Assembly (NCBI GenBank): GCA_049516875.1
Contig: JBEKSS010000001.1
Coordinates: forward strand, 160,001-224,000
Direction of reading: 5' to 3'
Origin: Candidatus Bathyarchaeia archaeon
Lineage (GTDB): Archaea > Thermoproteota > Bathyarchaeia > Bathyarchaeales > Bathycorpusculaceae
DNA: 64,000 nucleotides
The notes below the pieces were generated by a model. It saw only the letters and a list, made by a program, of their open reading frames with translations, did not search any database and was not told the origin of the DNA. The position numbers were made by a program, and so were the translations under genes. This document shows positions 18,944-28,495 of the stretch, in pieces (within the stretch, counting starts at the first letter, position 1; each line of letters opens with the position of its first letter).

Positions 18944-21631
18944 TTACATGAAACGTTCCAGTTTTGTTAGCCCTATTATTTCGTCAAAATCTAGACCTAA
19001 GGCGTCTAAGACCTGATCAAACGTTGAGTGTAAATAGGCTATGTACTTGTCGACATCCACCTCACTCTTTGCTGCCAGTTCAACAGGCTTCACATGTGGT
19101 TCTTTGCTTATTTTGACAAAGCTTATCAGATCGCCTGCCTTCAATTCTGCTCCGTTTTCTCTCAAGATTTTGGCAGCCTTGACATGCTGCGGTGTTGTTT
19201 TTGTGTAGTGTTCGATGTCTTCGCCTAGGACCACATTGAAAGCCAAGTCGCTCATGCTCTCCCACTCTCGCCTCTTGAGTTGCATGTAACAGTCGCGTAT
19301 AATTTCTGCTATGTCTTTTTTCGCCTTCTCGAAATCTGCAGGGGTCTTGACGGTTGCCAAGCGTGTTTTCATTTTTTCAAATGCCCTTTTTATGAATATG
19401 GGTATGTGACGTTTCTTACCTGTCAACCCTTTGACGTCGACAGTTCCGTCCTCTAAGACGCCTAAATAGTTCTTTTTTCTCGAACTGAAGACCGCGTACC
19501 TGTAAACCTTATCGACATCAAGACTCATTTTCAGCTCTTGTTCAGTCCAATGCGCCAGTTCTTCGACCTGTTGTTTTGAGGGATTTTTCAAGAAGAGGCT
19601 GTCCGTATCACCGTAAAGAACTTGAATGCCAAGTTGCTCAGCTTTGTTAAGTATTTGTGTTATGGAGTGTCTTCCTATTGCAGCTGTGGCTTCGGCTACA
19701 GGCGGGCAGTAAAGGTCAAAGCTCTCAGCTCCGAAGACCCCGTAGCTTGCGTTTAGAATTACTTTGAGTGCTCCTTGGGTGACGTTGTACCAGCTTCTTA
19801 GGTCTGAGGTTAGGGCTTTGTCTTTGGATTTTGGCTTGTACCATTGCACTCGAAGGTCCCTTAGGGAACCGATTAGGAGACTCTCTAGTGCTCGCTTTTT
19901 GGTGCAGACCCAGTGTGGTGTGCCTGGGATGAGATTGCTGCGACATTCTGGATGCGGGCACAGGATGGATTGGTAGCCTAAATTCCAAACCTTTATTATT
20001 GAAGGGTACAGGCTTGGAAAGTCCATGACGGCAACGTTGAAGTGGACCCCGGGGACGGGTTCGACAACTATAGCGCCTTTGTATTTCTTGCCTTTGATTA
20101 TTGCTTTCGTTGCAGTTTTGCCCTTTGTTGCGAGTATGTCTTGAGGGGTTGGAATGAGCATATTTCTATGGCGATGTTCGCGTTGAAGGAAGTTTCTTAT
20201 CCAGCGCGATACGCCCTGACGACTGACATCTTCCATAGGCATGCTGCTGATTCTCGTGAGGACCAGAATCAGTTTCATGACTAGTTCATCTTCGAAACTC
20301 GTAAGTTTGAAGGTTATCTCAGAGTCTCTGAGACAGTATTTGGCCAGTTCGGTGTAGGTTAATTCTCCCAAGCTTCTGTCCAGTTTTATTTTTTCCAGCT
20401 GGATCAGCGCTCTTCCTACGTCGTTAAGGGTTATGTCTCGGTAGCGGTTGTTGAAGGCGTATATCTGGATTGAGCGATTGAAGAAGAACTTGTAGAGGTC
20501 AATGTGCACACCATAGCTTAGCAGGCAGGAGCGTTTGCCGATTTCTATTGGAATGTCACTGCGCCTTATGCCTAGGTTCATGGCGCGGTGGGCGAGATAA
20601 CGGAGGTCGAAATCGTCCCCGTTGAAGGTCAACACGAAGGGGTAGTCCCAAAGGACATCTAAAACGGCTTTTATGAGTTTTTCTTCTGTGTCAAAGTATT
20701 CGATTGCTATGTCTGCTGGTAAATGTTCTGCTCCTTCCCGGATTCCTTCGCGTCTAAGGATCAATGTTTTCTCTAGCCCGTCGGAGGCGAATATCGAGAC
20801 GCAGATAACCTGGTAGGCCGCTTCTCTTGGGTCGGGAACTCGTGTTGGGATGGGAGCCAGTACCTCGATGTCGATGGCTACACGACGGAATTTTGGGGCT
20901 GGATATTCGAGTAATCTGGCCCATTCTACGATGAAGCCACACTCTTCTTCAGTGGCATCTTTGAAAGTTTCGCGGATTTTTCCCACTGTTTTCTCAGTGT
21001 CCTGCAAGCTTTTTGCGGCCAAATTGCCATCTTTGACTTCGTATATCATTCCGGGCGAAAGGTTTCGGTCGAAAATGTAGGATTGATAATATTTTATCGT
21101 TGATTCCCATACTTTGATTTGTTCAGGGGCGATTGGTGTGTCCGAGACTTTTGGGAAGTCCTCTGGGATTATGTCTCTGATGCACCCTGTAGGGCGTCCT
21201 CCGATTGCCAGAGGGTCTTTGGTCAGGATTTTTGTTATTTTCACGTCCTTGTCTAGAAGGGGGTCAAATTTGTCGACGGTTTCAAATCGGTCTAAACCTT
21301 GATGATGGACTAGGCGACTGATTCTTTCAAGCTCGTATCGTGACAAATTGGTTAGGCAGTATGGCTGGTGTCCGGTATTGTCGTACCAGAAGTAGATTTG
21401 ACCTGAGGCCGGTTCATAGAGTTTCATTATGGCCTTTCCCACTTTTCCATCGTAGGTGGCGGATACAAGATAGGAAGCGGACAGATTTGGAGGCGCCACT
21501 GGTGGAAAAGCGCGTTTTCCTTTTTCGTTGGCCACGCTTTCTGTGATGATAGTGGCTCTTGGCTCCGTTTTCACTTCTTTTGCATACACAGCTTTTTTGT
21601 GTGAAAAGTCTTCTAAGTGTTTTTGTGCCAT
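18944..21631 (-). CDS. polB: family B DNA polymerase (PolB1-type)
   Basis: AIDIE, TFNGDDFD, YKGA, DFPSLYPSII, KVILNASYGVFG, YGDTDS, KKNY. Confidence 0.97.
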   Translation of the reverse strand: MAQKHLEDFSHKKAVYAKEVKTEPRATIITESVANEKGKRAFPPVAPPNLSASYLVSATYDGKVGKAIMKLYEPASGQIYFWYDNTGHQPYCLTNLSRYELERISRLVHHQGLDRFETVDKFDPLLDKDVKITKILTKDPLAIGGRPTGCIRDIIPEDFPKVSDTPIAPEQIKVWESTIKYYQSYIFDRNLSPGMIYEVKDGNLAAKSLQDTEKTVGKIRETFKDATEEECGFIVEWARLLEYPAPKFRRVAIDIEVLAPIPTRVPDPREAAYQVICVSIFASDGLEKTLILRREGIREGAEHLPADIAIEYFDTEEKLIKAVLDVLWDYPFVLTFNGDDFDLRYLAHRAMNLGIRRSDIPIEIGKRSCLLSYGVHIDLYKFFFNRSIQIYAFNNRYRDITLNDVGRALIQLEKIKLDRSLGELTYTELAKYCLRDSEITFKLTSFEDELVMKLILVLTRISSMPMEDVSRQGVSRWIRNFLQREHRHRNMLIPTPQDILATKGKTATKAIIKGKKYKGAIVVEPVPGVHFNVAVMDFPSLYPSIIKVWNLGYQSILCPHPECRSNLIPGTPHWVCTKKRALESLLIGSLRDLRVQWYKPKSKDKALTSDLRSWYNVTQGALKVILNASYGVFGAESFDLYCPPVAEATAAIGRHSITQILNKAEQLGIQVLYGDTDSLFLKNPSKQQVEELAHWTEQELKMSLDVDKVYRYAVFSSRKKNYLGVLEDGTVDVKGLTGKKRHIPIFIKRAFEKMKTRLATVKTPADFEKAKKDIAEIIRDCYMQLKRREWESMSDLAFNVVLGEDIEHYTKTTPQHVKAAKILRENGAELKAGDLISFVKISKEPHVKPVELAAKSEVDVDKYIAYLHSTFDQVLDALGLDFDEIIGLTKLERFM

Positions 21632-21936
21632 CTCAGCTTTGACCCTGTTAGCGTTATGCGTTTGAAACCTAAAAGCTCTTGTCCTTTAACCAGGAAAACA
21701 TTGTTTCGAGCTTCTAACTCTAAAGTGCGCGCTAAACTGCACGATCGGCAAACAGACCATCCAGATTATAATGCCACGGTCTTCTGAGTAAGGTTGATAC
21801 ATATTGATACAATACATAGCGCGCCATTCAAGGTTCTCTGGCTTTCGGTTATGTGTGTGCCTAGATGCCTTACCCCCGGTCCACTATATGATACAAATAT
21901 GACCTTGACAAAAAGTGCACGCGAAATATTCTGGTG

Positions 21937-23175
21937 TTAGGAGCTTTCGTTTTTGATTTTGTTGACCGTCTCTTGAATTGTTAGGAGGCCTAGGTCTCCG
22001 ACCTTGTGTTTTCTGACTGATATTTTGTTGAGTTTGGTTTCTTGCTTGCCGAGGATTAGCATGTATGGAATTTTGAGGATTTCAGCTTGTCTAATCTTGT
22101 AACTGATCGTTGAAGTGCTGTCGTCAACTTCACATCTTATTTGAAAAGCTAGCAGGCTTTCGCGAATTGTTTCGGCATAGTGCAAGTAGTTGGTGCTGAC
22201 AGGCAAAATGGTAACTTGTACTGGAGCGAGCCAAACTGGAAGGTTTCCGTTGCAGTGCTCTATTAGAATAGCGAAGAAGCGTTCGACTGCGCCGAGTAGA
22301 ACTCTGTGTATCATCACTACTTCATGTTCATTCCCGTCAGGTCCGATGTAGACGATTTTGAAGCGTCGGGGCAGGTTAAAGTCGAATTGTATAGTGGTAC
22401 ATTGCCATTCCCTTTGCGAAGCGTCAACTATGTTGACGTCGATTTTTGGACCGTAAAACGCTGCTTCTCCGGGCATTTCTTGGTGGGCGATATTCCTTTC
22501 ATTGAGGGCTTCTGCCAGAATGTTTTGAGCGTTGATCCATTGTTCCTCTGTGCCCATGTACTTTTCTGGATGCTGTGGGTCCTTGGTTGAGAGGTATGTG
22601 CGGTATTCTTTGAAACCGAATTTCTCCAGCATGTGCTGGTTGAAGTCTAGAAGTCTGACCAGTTCTGGCAGGACATATTGTGGTGCACAGAATATGTGGG
22701 CATCGTCCTGTGTGAACCCTCTAACTCGCAGCAGTCCTTGCAGCGTCCCTGATCGTTCATATCTGTAAACGGTTCCCCATTCTGCGTATCTTATTGGCAA
22801 GTCTCTATAACTTCTGGGCCGAGCCTTGTAGATTTGGATGTGGAATGGACAGTTCATCGGTTTAACAACGTACTTTTCGCCTTCTTTTTCGAAAAGGTAC
22901 ATGTTCTGCTCGTAGTAGTCCAAGTGTCCTGACGTTCGCCACAGTTCTTCGCGGGCTATGTGGGGGGTGCAGACTAGCTGATACCCGTTTTTCAAGTGTT
23001 CTTCTTCCCAGAAGTCTCTGATTACTTTGCGGACGATGGTTCCTTTGGGATGCCAGAGGACTAAGCCGCTGCCCACTTCCTCGTTGATTGAGTACAAATC
23101 CAGTTGCCAACCTATAGCTCGGTGATCAGCAGTTGCAACCTCTCTTTCCTTGTCTTTGTTTCTTAAAAGACTCAT
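21937..23175 (-). CDS. thrS: threonine--tRNA ligase, catalytic + anticodon domains only
   Basis: DHR, KPMNCPFH, YRYERSG, RVRGFTQDDAH, GEAAFYGPKID, WQCTTIQFDF, WLAPVQV; no N-terminal editing domain. Confidence 0.95.
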   Translation of the reverse strand: MSLLRNKDKEREVATADHRAIGWQLDLYSINEEVGSGLVLWHPKGTIVRKVIRDFWEEEHLKNGYQLVCTPHIAREELWRTSGHLDYYEQNMYLFEKEGEKYVVKPMNCPFHIQIYKARPRSYRDLPIRYAEWGTVYRYERSGTLQGLLRVRGFTQDDAHIFCAPQYVLPELVRLLDFNQHMLEKFGFKEYRTYLSTKDPQHPEKYMGTEEQWINAQNILAEALNERNIAHQEMPGEAAFYGPKIDVNIVDASQREWQCTTIQFDFNLPRRFKIVYIGPDGNEHEVVMIHRVLLGAVERFFAILIEHCNGNLPVWLAPVQVTILPVSTNYLHYAETIRESLLAFQIRCEVDDSTSTISYKIRQAEILKIPYMLILGKQETKLNKISVRKHKVGDLGLLTIQETVNKIKNESS

Positions 23176-23390
23176 TCTCACGGATTCTTCAGGGGGCTGT
23201 TTTCGTCTGAAAACACGTTTAGAGTTGTGTTTCTGAATACCCCATTTGGAACACCGAGCTTGTTGATACTGCACCAGAGTATATATCCCTTCTTCTGAAC
23301 AAGCGTCGGAAGGATGCACACTGGAAATACGGAATGCCTTTAATTCTCACCCGCTTCATTCTTGATGTTCAAAGGGCGTGTGCAAAAGCC

Positions 23391-24740
23391 TTGCTTAAGG
23401 AAGCTTGGACGCTTTCGATTGAAACCCTAAGCTGGATGGAAATGCGAAGGTTAAGCGAGCCATTGGCTTTGGCAAGAACGGTTAAACAGCTAGGTATGAC
23501 TGATCATAATGCTGTGAGGATGGCTCATCTACTTGTCTCTGAAACCGTGAGACGACAGAACTTCATAGACAAGTTCATAAACAACATCATAAAGCCAAAC
23601 TCTTTGAGCGAATTCAACTTTGGAATTCAAGCATTTCTGAGACTTTATGTATACCAGACGAGAATTGTCAAGAACTGGTCCAGAATAAATTTTGATGAAG
23701 CGGAGAACATAGTAAAACTTGCCCGCTCCATTTTGGGGTGGAAAACGCTGCAGCGAGTCGAACTAATTCTAGGCGTGTTACTGACTCAAAGAGCGGCATC
23801 AGTGTTCGAAGGCGGAAGCGACGAGGAGCAAATCGGGTTGCGAACTTTTCACCCATCGTGGTTTGTGAAATATTGCATAGGACTCTTCGGCAGAAGTGAG
23901 ACTGTCGACATGTTACAAGCGGACATGAAACCGCCTCCGACTTACGTGAGGATAAACACCCTTAAGGGTGATGAGAATAAGATCCTCGAGAGACTTGCTC
24001 AAGATTGCATTAACGTTGAGAAAGTTAATGAGCTGAAGTACACATACGAGGTCTCAGCCACACGGCAACCCGTAACTAGAACCGCGACTTTCCAAGAAGG
24101 TTTGGTCTATCTTCAGGATAAGGCCAGCTGTTTCGCAGTAGAGGCAGGAAACCCGACACGTGATATGACTGTTCTAGATGTTTGTGCAGCGCCCGGAGCG
24201 AAGACCACCTACCTCGCTCAGCTAATGCAAAACAAAGGTGAAATCATAAGCCTGGATTATTCGAAACGCAGAATGGCTACCTGGAAAAATGAAATTGCCC
24301 GCACGGGCGTTGAAATCGCCAAACCGATAATTGCTGACGCACGCGCACATTTGGCATTAGTTGCGAAGGCTGACTTGCTAATTCTGGATCCCCCATGCAC
24401 GGGCACAGGCACTTTTGGGAAGATGCCTTCAGCCAAATGGAGGCTTACGCCGGGTTCTGCAGAGAAAATGGCTGAAATTCAATGGCAAATGTTGAGCAAT
24501 TGTTCAGAATATGTGAAGCCCGGAGGAACACTGATCTATTCTACATGCAGCGTTACGGTAGAAGAGAATGAGATGCCAGTTGAGCGGTTTATGAAATGGC
24601 ATCCAGAGTTCTTGCTGACTGAAATAGCGCCAAGAATAGGTTTGCCGGGATTGAGAGGGCAGGAAAAGTGTCAAAGGCTTTATCCGCACATACATCGGTG
24701 CAATGGCTTCTTCATCGCGAAAATGTTGAAGAGCGAATGA
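23391..24740 (+). CDS. RsmB/NOP-family RNA m5C methyltransferase
   Basis: VRINTLK, QDKAS, LDVCAAPGAKT, ILDPPCTGTG, YSTCS, NGFFIA. Confidence 0.92.
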   Translation: MLKEAWTLSIETLSWMEMRRLSEPLALARTVKQLGMTDHNAVRMAHLLVSETVRRQNFIDKFINNIIKPNSLSEFNFGIQAFLRLYVYQTRIVKNWSRINFDEAENIVKLARSILGWKTLQRVELILGVLLTQRAASVFEGGSDEEQIGLRTFHPSWFVKYCIGLFGRSETVDMLQADMKPPPTYVRINTLKGDENKILERLAQDCINVEKVNELKYTYEVSATRQPVTRTATFQEGLVYLQDKASCFAVEAGNPTRDMTVLDVCAAPGAKTTYLAQLMQNKGEIISLDYSKRRMATWKNEIARTGVEIAKPIIADARAHLALVAKADLLILDPPCTGTGTFGKMPSAKWRLTPGSAEKMAEIQWQMLSNCSEYVKPGGTLIYSTCSVTVEENEMPVERFMKWHPEFLLTEIAPRIGLPGLRGQEKCQRLYPHIHRCNGFFIAKMLKSE

Positions 24741-24804
24741 ATCAAGGATATTTGAAGCCACAGTTCCTTCATCATGATGCTCTTGTTGCGTGTTTCTTTC
24801 TAGG

Positions 24805-25704
24805 CTACGCTTTCTTTGATTTCTCCAGTAGGCATAGCAATTCGAAAATCACCTTTGCGGCCTGAATGGCTGAAATGCCTTGGTCATAGTTCGGGGCAAT
24901 TTCCAGAACATCGAAACCAACTATCCGACTATCGCACACATCGTCCAGAATGTCGAGCAAAACAGTCATTTCGAGCCCGTCTGCCTCAGGATTTTGCACT
25001 GCAGGAACGTATGCAGGATCAAGGATGTCCATGTCAACTGACAAGTAGATGTTCCTGTATCCTTCCAGCTCTTCCCTCAGCCTGTTCGCGCTTCTCTTGC
25101 TGCCCATCTTTCGTATTTGGTGAGTTGTAAGAAAATCAATTCTTGTCTTTCTTGCGTACGCCAGTTCTTCCTTGCAAACTGCCCTTGTGCCGACTTCTAT
25201 AATTTTCGCTGGTTTTACTTCTTCGCTTATTCTACGCATGAAAGTTGTGTGAGAGAGTTTCAGCCCTAGGAACTCGTTTCGCAAGTCAAGATGTGCATCG
25301 AAACTGACTATTGCTGTTTCTGATGCCTTGTCTCTTAAGCTCCTCGCGATGCCAAGCGTTATTGTGTGTTCGCCACCGATTGTTACAGGCGTCTTTCCAT
25401 TTTCAATGATGCTTCTGATGACGTGTTCCAGGGTTTCTAAGGTCTTTTCAGTGTTTGCAGCGACATGCAAATCGCCCAAATCATGCAACATCAGGTCTTC
25501 AACGTCTATTCCCGTGCGCAGACTGTAAGTTTCAATGTTTAGTGATGCTTGTCTAATTGCGTTTGGACCAAACCGTGCTCCAGTGCGATAGGTACTGGTG
25601 ACATCGAATGGAACGCCCAGGATTACGTAATTAGCTTTCTCGAAAGACTTCTGAAAACCGCCAAAGACGTTTGATTGAGAAACAAAGAGTTCATGATTGC
25701 TCAT
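24805..25704 (-). CDS. speB: agmatinase
   Basis: GVPFD, GARFGP, GGEHTIT, FDAHLD, SVDMDILDP. Confidence 0.94.
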   Translation of the reverse strand: MSNHELFVSQSNVFGGFQKSFEKANYVILGVPFDVTSTYRTGARFGPNAIRQASLNIETYSLRTGIDVEDLMLHDLGDLHVAANTEKTLETLEHVIRSIIENGKTPVTIGGEHTITLGIARSLRDKASETAIVSFDAHLDLRNEFLGLKLSHTTFMRRISEEVKPAKIIEVGTRAVCKEELAYARKTRIDFLTTHQIRKMGSKRSANRLREELEGYRNIYLSVDMDILDPAYVPAVQNPEADGLEMTVLLDILDDVCDSRIVGFDVLEIAPNYDQGISAIQAAKVIFELLCLLEKSKKA

Positions 25705-25764
25705 GTGATCTTCCACACTTCCTGCTTCTGTTTATCTTAACGGTGTATTCTAAACTTTTCCGTC

Positions 25765-26297
25765 AGCGCGCGCATAGGAGAACCTCTGAGCTTAGAATGG
25801 ATTGATGTGGACTTTGAAAAGAGAGTGATTGTTCTTAACAACCCAGAAAAACACGGGAACCCTAGAGCGTTTATGGTGTCTGAAAAGCTCGTGGCGATGC
25901 TCAACAGGCTGCCTAAAGATAACAGTAAGATGTTTGGGCTCCAGTTATGGCGCATAACATTCAACAACTTTAACAAGCAGAGGAAAAATGCTGCAAGGAA
26001 GCTGAGTAACCCAAGATTGTTGAGAATCCACTTCCACACTCTTAGACATTGGAAGGCAACGATGGAATACAATAGAACCAAGGATATCCTATACGTGATG
26101 AAGTTATCGGGACACAAGAACATTGCTAACACCCTGATCTACACACAATGATCTACACACAACTGGTAAAGTTTGAGGGAGACGAATACAACTCGGCAGT
26201 TGCCATCACATTGGAAGAAGCTAAGAAACTCATCGAAGCTGGATTTGAATATGTCTGCAATCATGAAAATGTCATGCTCTTCAGAAAACGAAAATAG
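25765..26297 (+). pseudogene. tyrosine recombinase/integrase remnant (N-terminal half lost, frameshifted)
   Basis: ARIGE, EKHGNPR, HFHTLRH, GHKNIANTLIYT; a 14-bp tandem duplication at 26135-26162 shifts the C-terminal EEAKKLIEAGFEYV...LFRKRK out of frame. Confidence 0.9.
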
Positions 26298-26382
26298 GAT
26301 AAAACTTTACCCCCAAACCCAAACTGCTCTCCGCAAGTGATAAGAATTTAGTTGAAGACATAATGGTGAAGGTGCACATTTC

Positions 26383-26826
26383 GTGACTGGAGAGCGCAAT
26401 GACTATTCACATTATACTGGGATTTTGTCAAATCTGATTGGTGGTTTGTATTTTGCTGCTGGTTTCACTTTCACCGCCATAACCCTGCTACTTACTTTTC
26501 AGACCCAGACAAGCCTCTTCTTTCAGATCACTCTTTTTATAATGAATATTATAGTCGATCTGTCCTTCTTCTTGGCACAATGGTACACAACGCATTCAAC
26601 CCTTTATGCAGCCATCCCGCCACTCACAGGATTTTCCCAGATTGCAAATTACTTGACGTTTTTGGTTGCAAGTCTGACGACGATAGTGCCAACGTTACTT
26701 TTCTTTGTTTATGGGTTTGTCTATTTGGGAATAGCATCGGCGATTCAATGGATAGCGATGCTCATCGCTGCGTATCTCTTCATTTATAGGCAAATCAGTA
26801 AGAAAACCATATTCCAGAAATCCTGA
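26383..26826 (+). CDS. hypothetical membrane protein (about 4 TM)
   Basis: 147-aa hydrophobic ORF with GGTG SD-like sequence upstream. Confidence 0.7.
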   Translation: MTGERNDYSHYTGILSNLIGGLYFAAGFTFTAITLLLTFQTQTSLFFQITLFIMNIIVDLSFFLAQWYTTHSTLYAAIPPLTGFSQIANYLTFLVASLTTIVPTLLFFVYGFVYLGIASAIQWIAMLIAAYLFIYRQISKKTIFQKS

Positions 26827-26955
26827 AAGCAGAAACAAGAAACTAGTTTTCGTTAATAGCGCGCGCTACCCTGGGAAATCGGTTGATGCTAGTACAACTA
26901 TGGTGAAAGAATTAATAGGAAAGAACACGCTTTCCTGTATTCGGAGACCGTATTT

Positions 26956-27303
26956 ATGATCAAGAAACCAGAATGGAAGCTTAATACTACTGTCACAAAG
27001 AAAATTCGGGTCCTAGACAAGGTTGAGGAGGAACGAGAGATCAATGCGTTTGACTCAGAAATGAATATGCCCTTTATTCTGGATGTTCCAGAAGGAATTT
27101 CAATGGAGGAAATAGAAACCAATAGATGGTATCGTGCGACATTTAAGGTTTACACGTCCAAATTGATCCCCGAAATAGAAGAAGAATGGTCTAAGGTGGC
27201 AAAGACAACTGGAGGTATTCGTGAAGGGATAGAACGAATGAAGCAATCTGGAGGGTACGGGACTTTATATAAGTTCGAATTGGTTTCACTAAAATCAACA
27301 TAA
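26956..27303 (+). CDS. hypothetical protein
   Basis: 115-aa ORF with GGAG SD and protein-like composition. Confidence 0.7.
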   Translation: MIKKPEWKLNTTVTKKIRVLDKVEEEREINAFDSEMNMPFILDVPEGISMEEIETNRWYRATFKVYTSKLIPEIEEEWSKVAKTTGGIREGIERMKQSGGYGTLYKFELVSLKST

Positions 27304-27319
27304 TCATAAACAGATGCTT

Positions 27320-27459
27320 TCAATAGACTTCATGCTCTTTTTTTGAACTGCTTGCATCTTGAATTAGGGTAATCCACTTGTTGTTTTCTTCTACTTTGAT
27401 TCCGCAGGCTTCAGCAGGAGTCTTACCAGCTATCCTTCATGTGGTCTTATGAAGCTGTG
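27320..27459 (-). pseudogene. C-terminal fragment of a DDE-type (IS6/IS1-like) transposase
   Basis: Minus strand reads HSFIRPHEG / GKTPAEACGIKVEENNKWITLIQDAS across one frameshift, resembling the C-terminus of TACK DDE transposases. Confidence 0.7.
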
Positions 27460-27570
27460 AAACGAGTCCATATGCAATTTTTATTTTGCGAGCCCACACG
27501 ACTTACTCACATAATTGGTTAGCGCGCGCAAAAATCAATTTAAATAGCGGTTTTTAGCATAACGATAGTT

Positions 27571-27840
27571 ATGAGTCAAGCTCCATTTAGTCAAGAAGAC
27601 ATCAGTGAAGGCGAAGATATTGACTGGACAAACGAACAAGAACAATGGAACACATACAAACTCGCAGACGGAACAATCATGAAAGTAAAACTCGTCCTAA
27701 AAGGTGTCAAACGACTAAAAAAACACCTTCCAGACGGAACACCAATATATATGATAATGTCTGACAATGTTGTTCGTGTCATTAACGTTCCAGAGAATCT
27801 AAAGTTGAAGCCAAAACAGTCAGGTATGAAACCAGTCTAA
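27571..27840 (+). CDS. small hypothetical protein (EQWNTYKLADGT...DGTPIY motif)
   Basis: 89-aa ORF with TTTAAATA TATA box about 25 nt upstream (leaderless). Confidence 0.8.
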   Translation: MSQAPFSQEDISEGEDIDWTNEQEQWNTYKLADGTIMKVKLVLKGVKRLKKHLPDGTPIYMIMSDNVVRVINVPENLKLKPKQSGMKPV

Positions 27841-28037
27841 CCTGTTAGCCATAGCGCGCGCTCAACATTGACTTTGCCGTTCAGACCTCAAAATTCGGAA
27901 AAACCTGATTGTTACATTACTGTTACCATAGCACTGTTGCGTTTTGATGGGAAAAGCTGTACATTGTGGTATTGCGCGCGCTGTTCTCAAACATAGAACT
28001 ATAAGTGTCCTACCTCGATTAATACCAAGAGGGGGAA

Positions 28038-28337
28038 GTGAAGTTGAAAGTTCTGTTGAAGCTAGGTTTTGTGAATGCTGCCTTGCTGATGCTGTGTATT
28101 GGTTCAGACTATCTAGAGTGGAGAAACCTCTTGGGTCTCCCAGGGATAGCTGATGTACTGTGGACTCCTATACGCATCACGATCTGGATAAGTAGCACCA
28201 GCGCATTTGGACCAGCCATCATTGATGGCGTTTCGTGGATGGACAACTGGAGTTTTATGATACTGTTAACGATTATTGCCGTCAATTTGGTAATTGTTTG
28301 GAGAATAGAACAGAGAAAGATTTCACTGATTCATTAA
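28038..28337 (+). CDS. hypothetical membrane protein
   Basis: 99 aa with N- and C-terminal hydrophobic helices; GAGGGGG SD. Confidence 0.6.
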   Translation: MKLKVLLKLGFVNAALLMLCIGSDYLEWRNLLGLPGIADVLWTPIRITIWISSTSAFGPAIIDGVSWMDNWSFMILLTIIAVNLVIVWRIEQRKISLIH

Positions 28338-28495
28338 ACTTCATGGACTTCTTCTGGGGTTTGGATTTGGGATAAAACTTTACCTCCCTCTTCCTACACT
28401 CAGCTGAATCATGCTCCTGATAATCACCCTAACCCTGAGCTCGCGCGAGAATCTATGAAGCATTTAACTAGCGCTTTCTTTGTAATAATTCTATC

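Larger units (their letters stand above)
26299..28384. mobile_element. putative integrated element bounded by 13-bp direct repeats and inner 13-bp inverted repeats
   Basis: ATAAAACTTTACC at 26299-26311 and 28372-28384; CCCAAACCCAAAC 26312-26324 versus GTTTGGATTTGGG 28359-28371 (1 mismatch). Confidence 0.65.

Noticed and set aside
21793-21905. Repeated TGATAC(A) words between polB and thrS
   Set aside because: Only three short, irregularly spaced copies; not a CRISPR or iteron array
26299-28384. Classical integron or casposon interpretation of the island
   Set aside because: No attC RYYYAAC/GTTRRRY hairpins and no IntI-specific insertion are apparent; no Cas1 or PolB cargo
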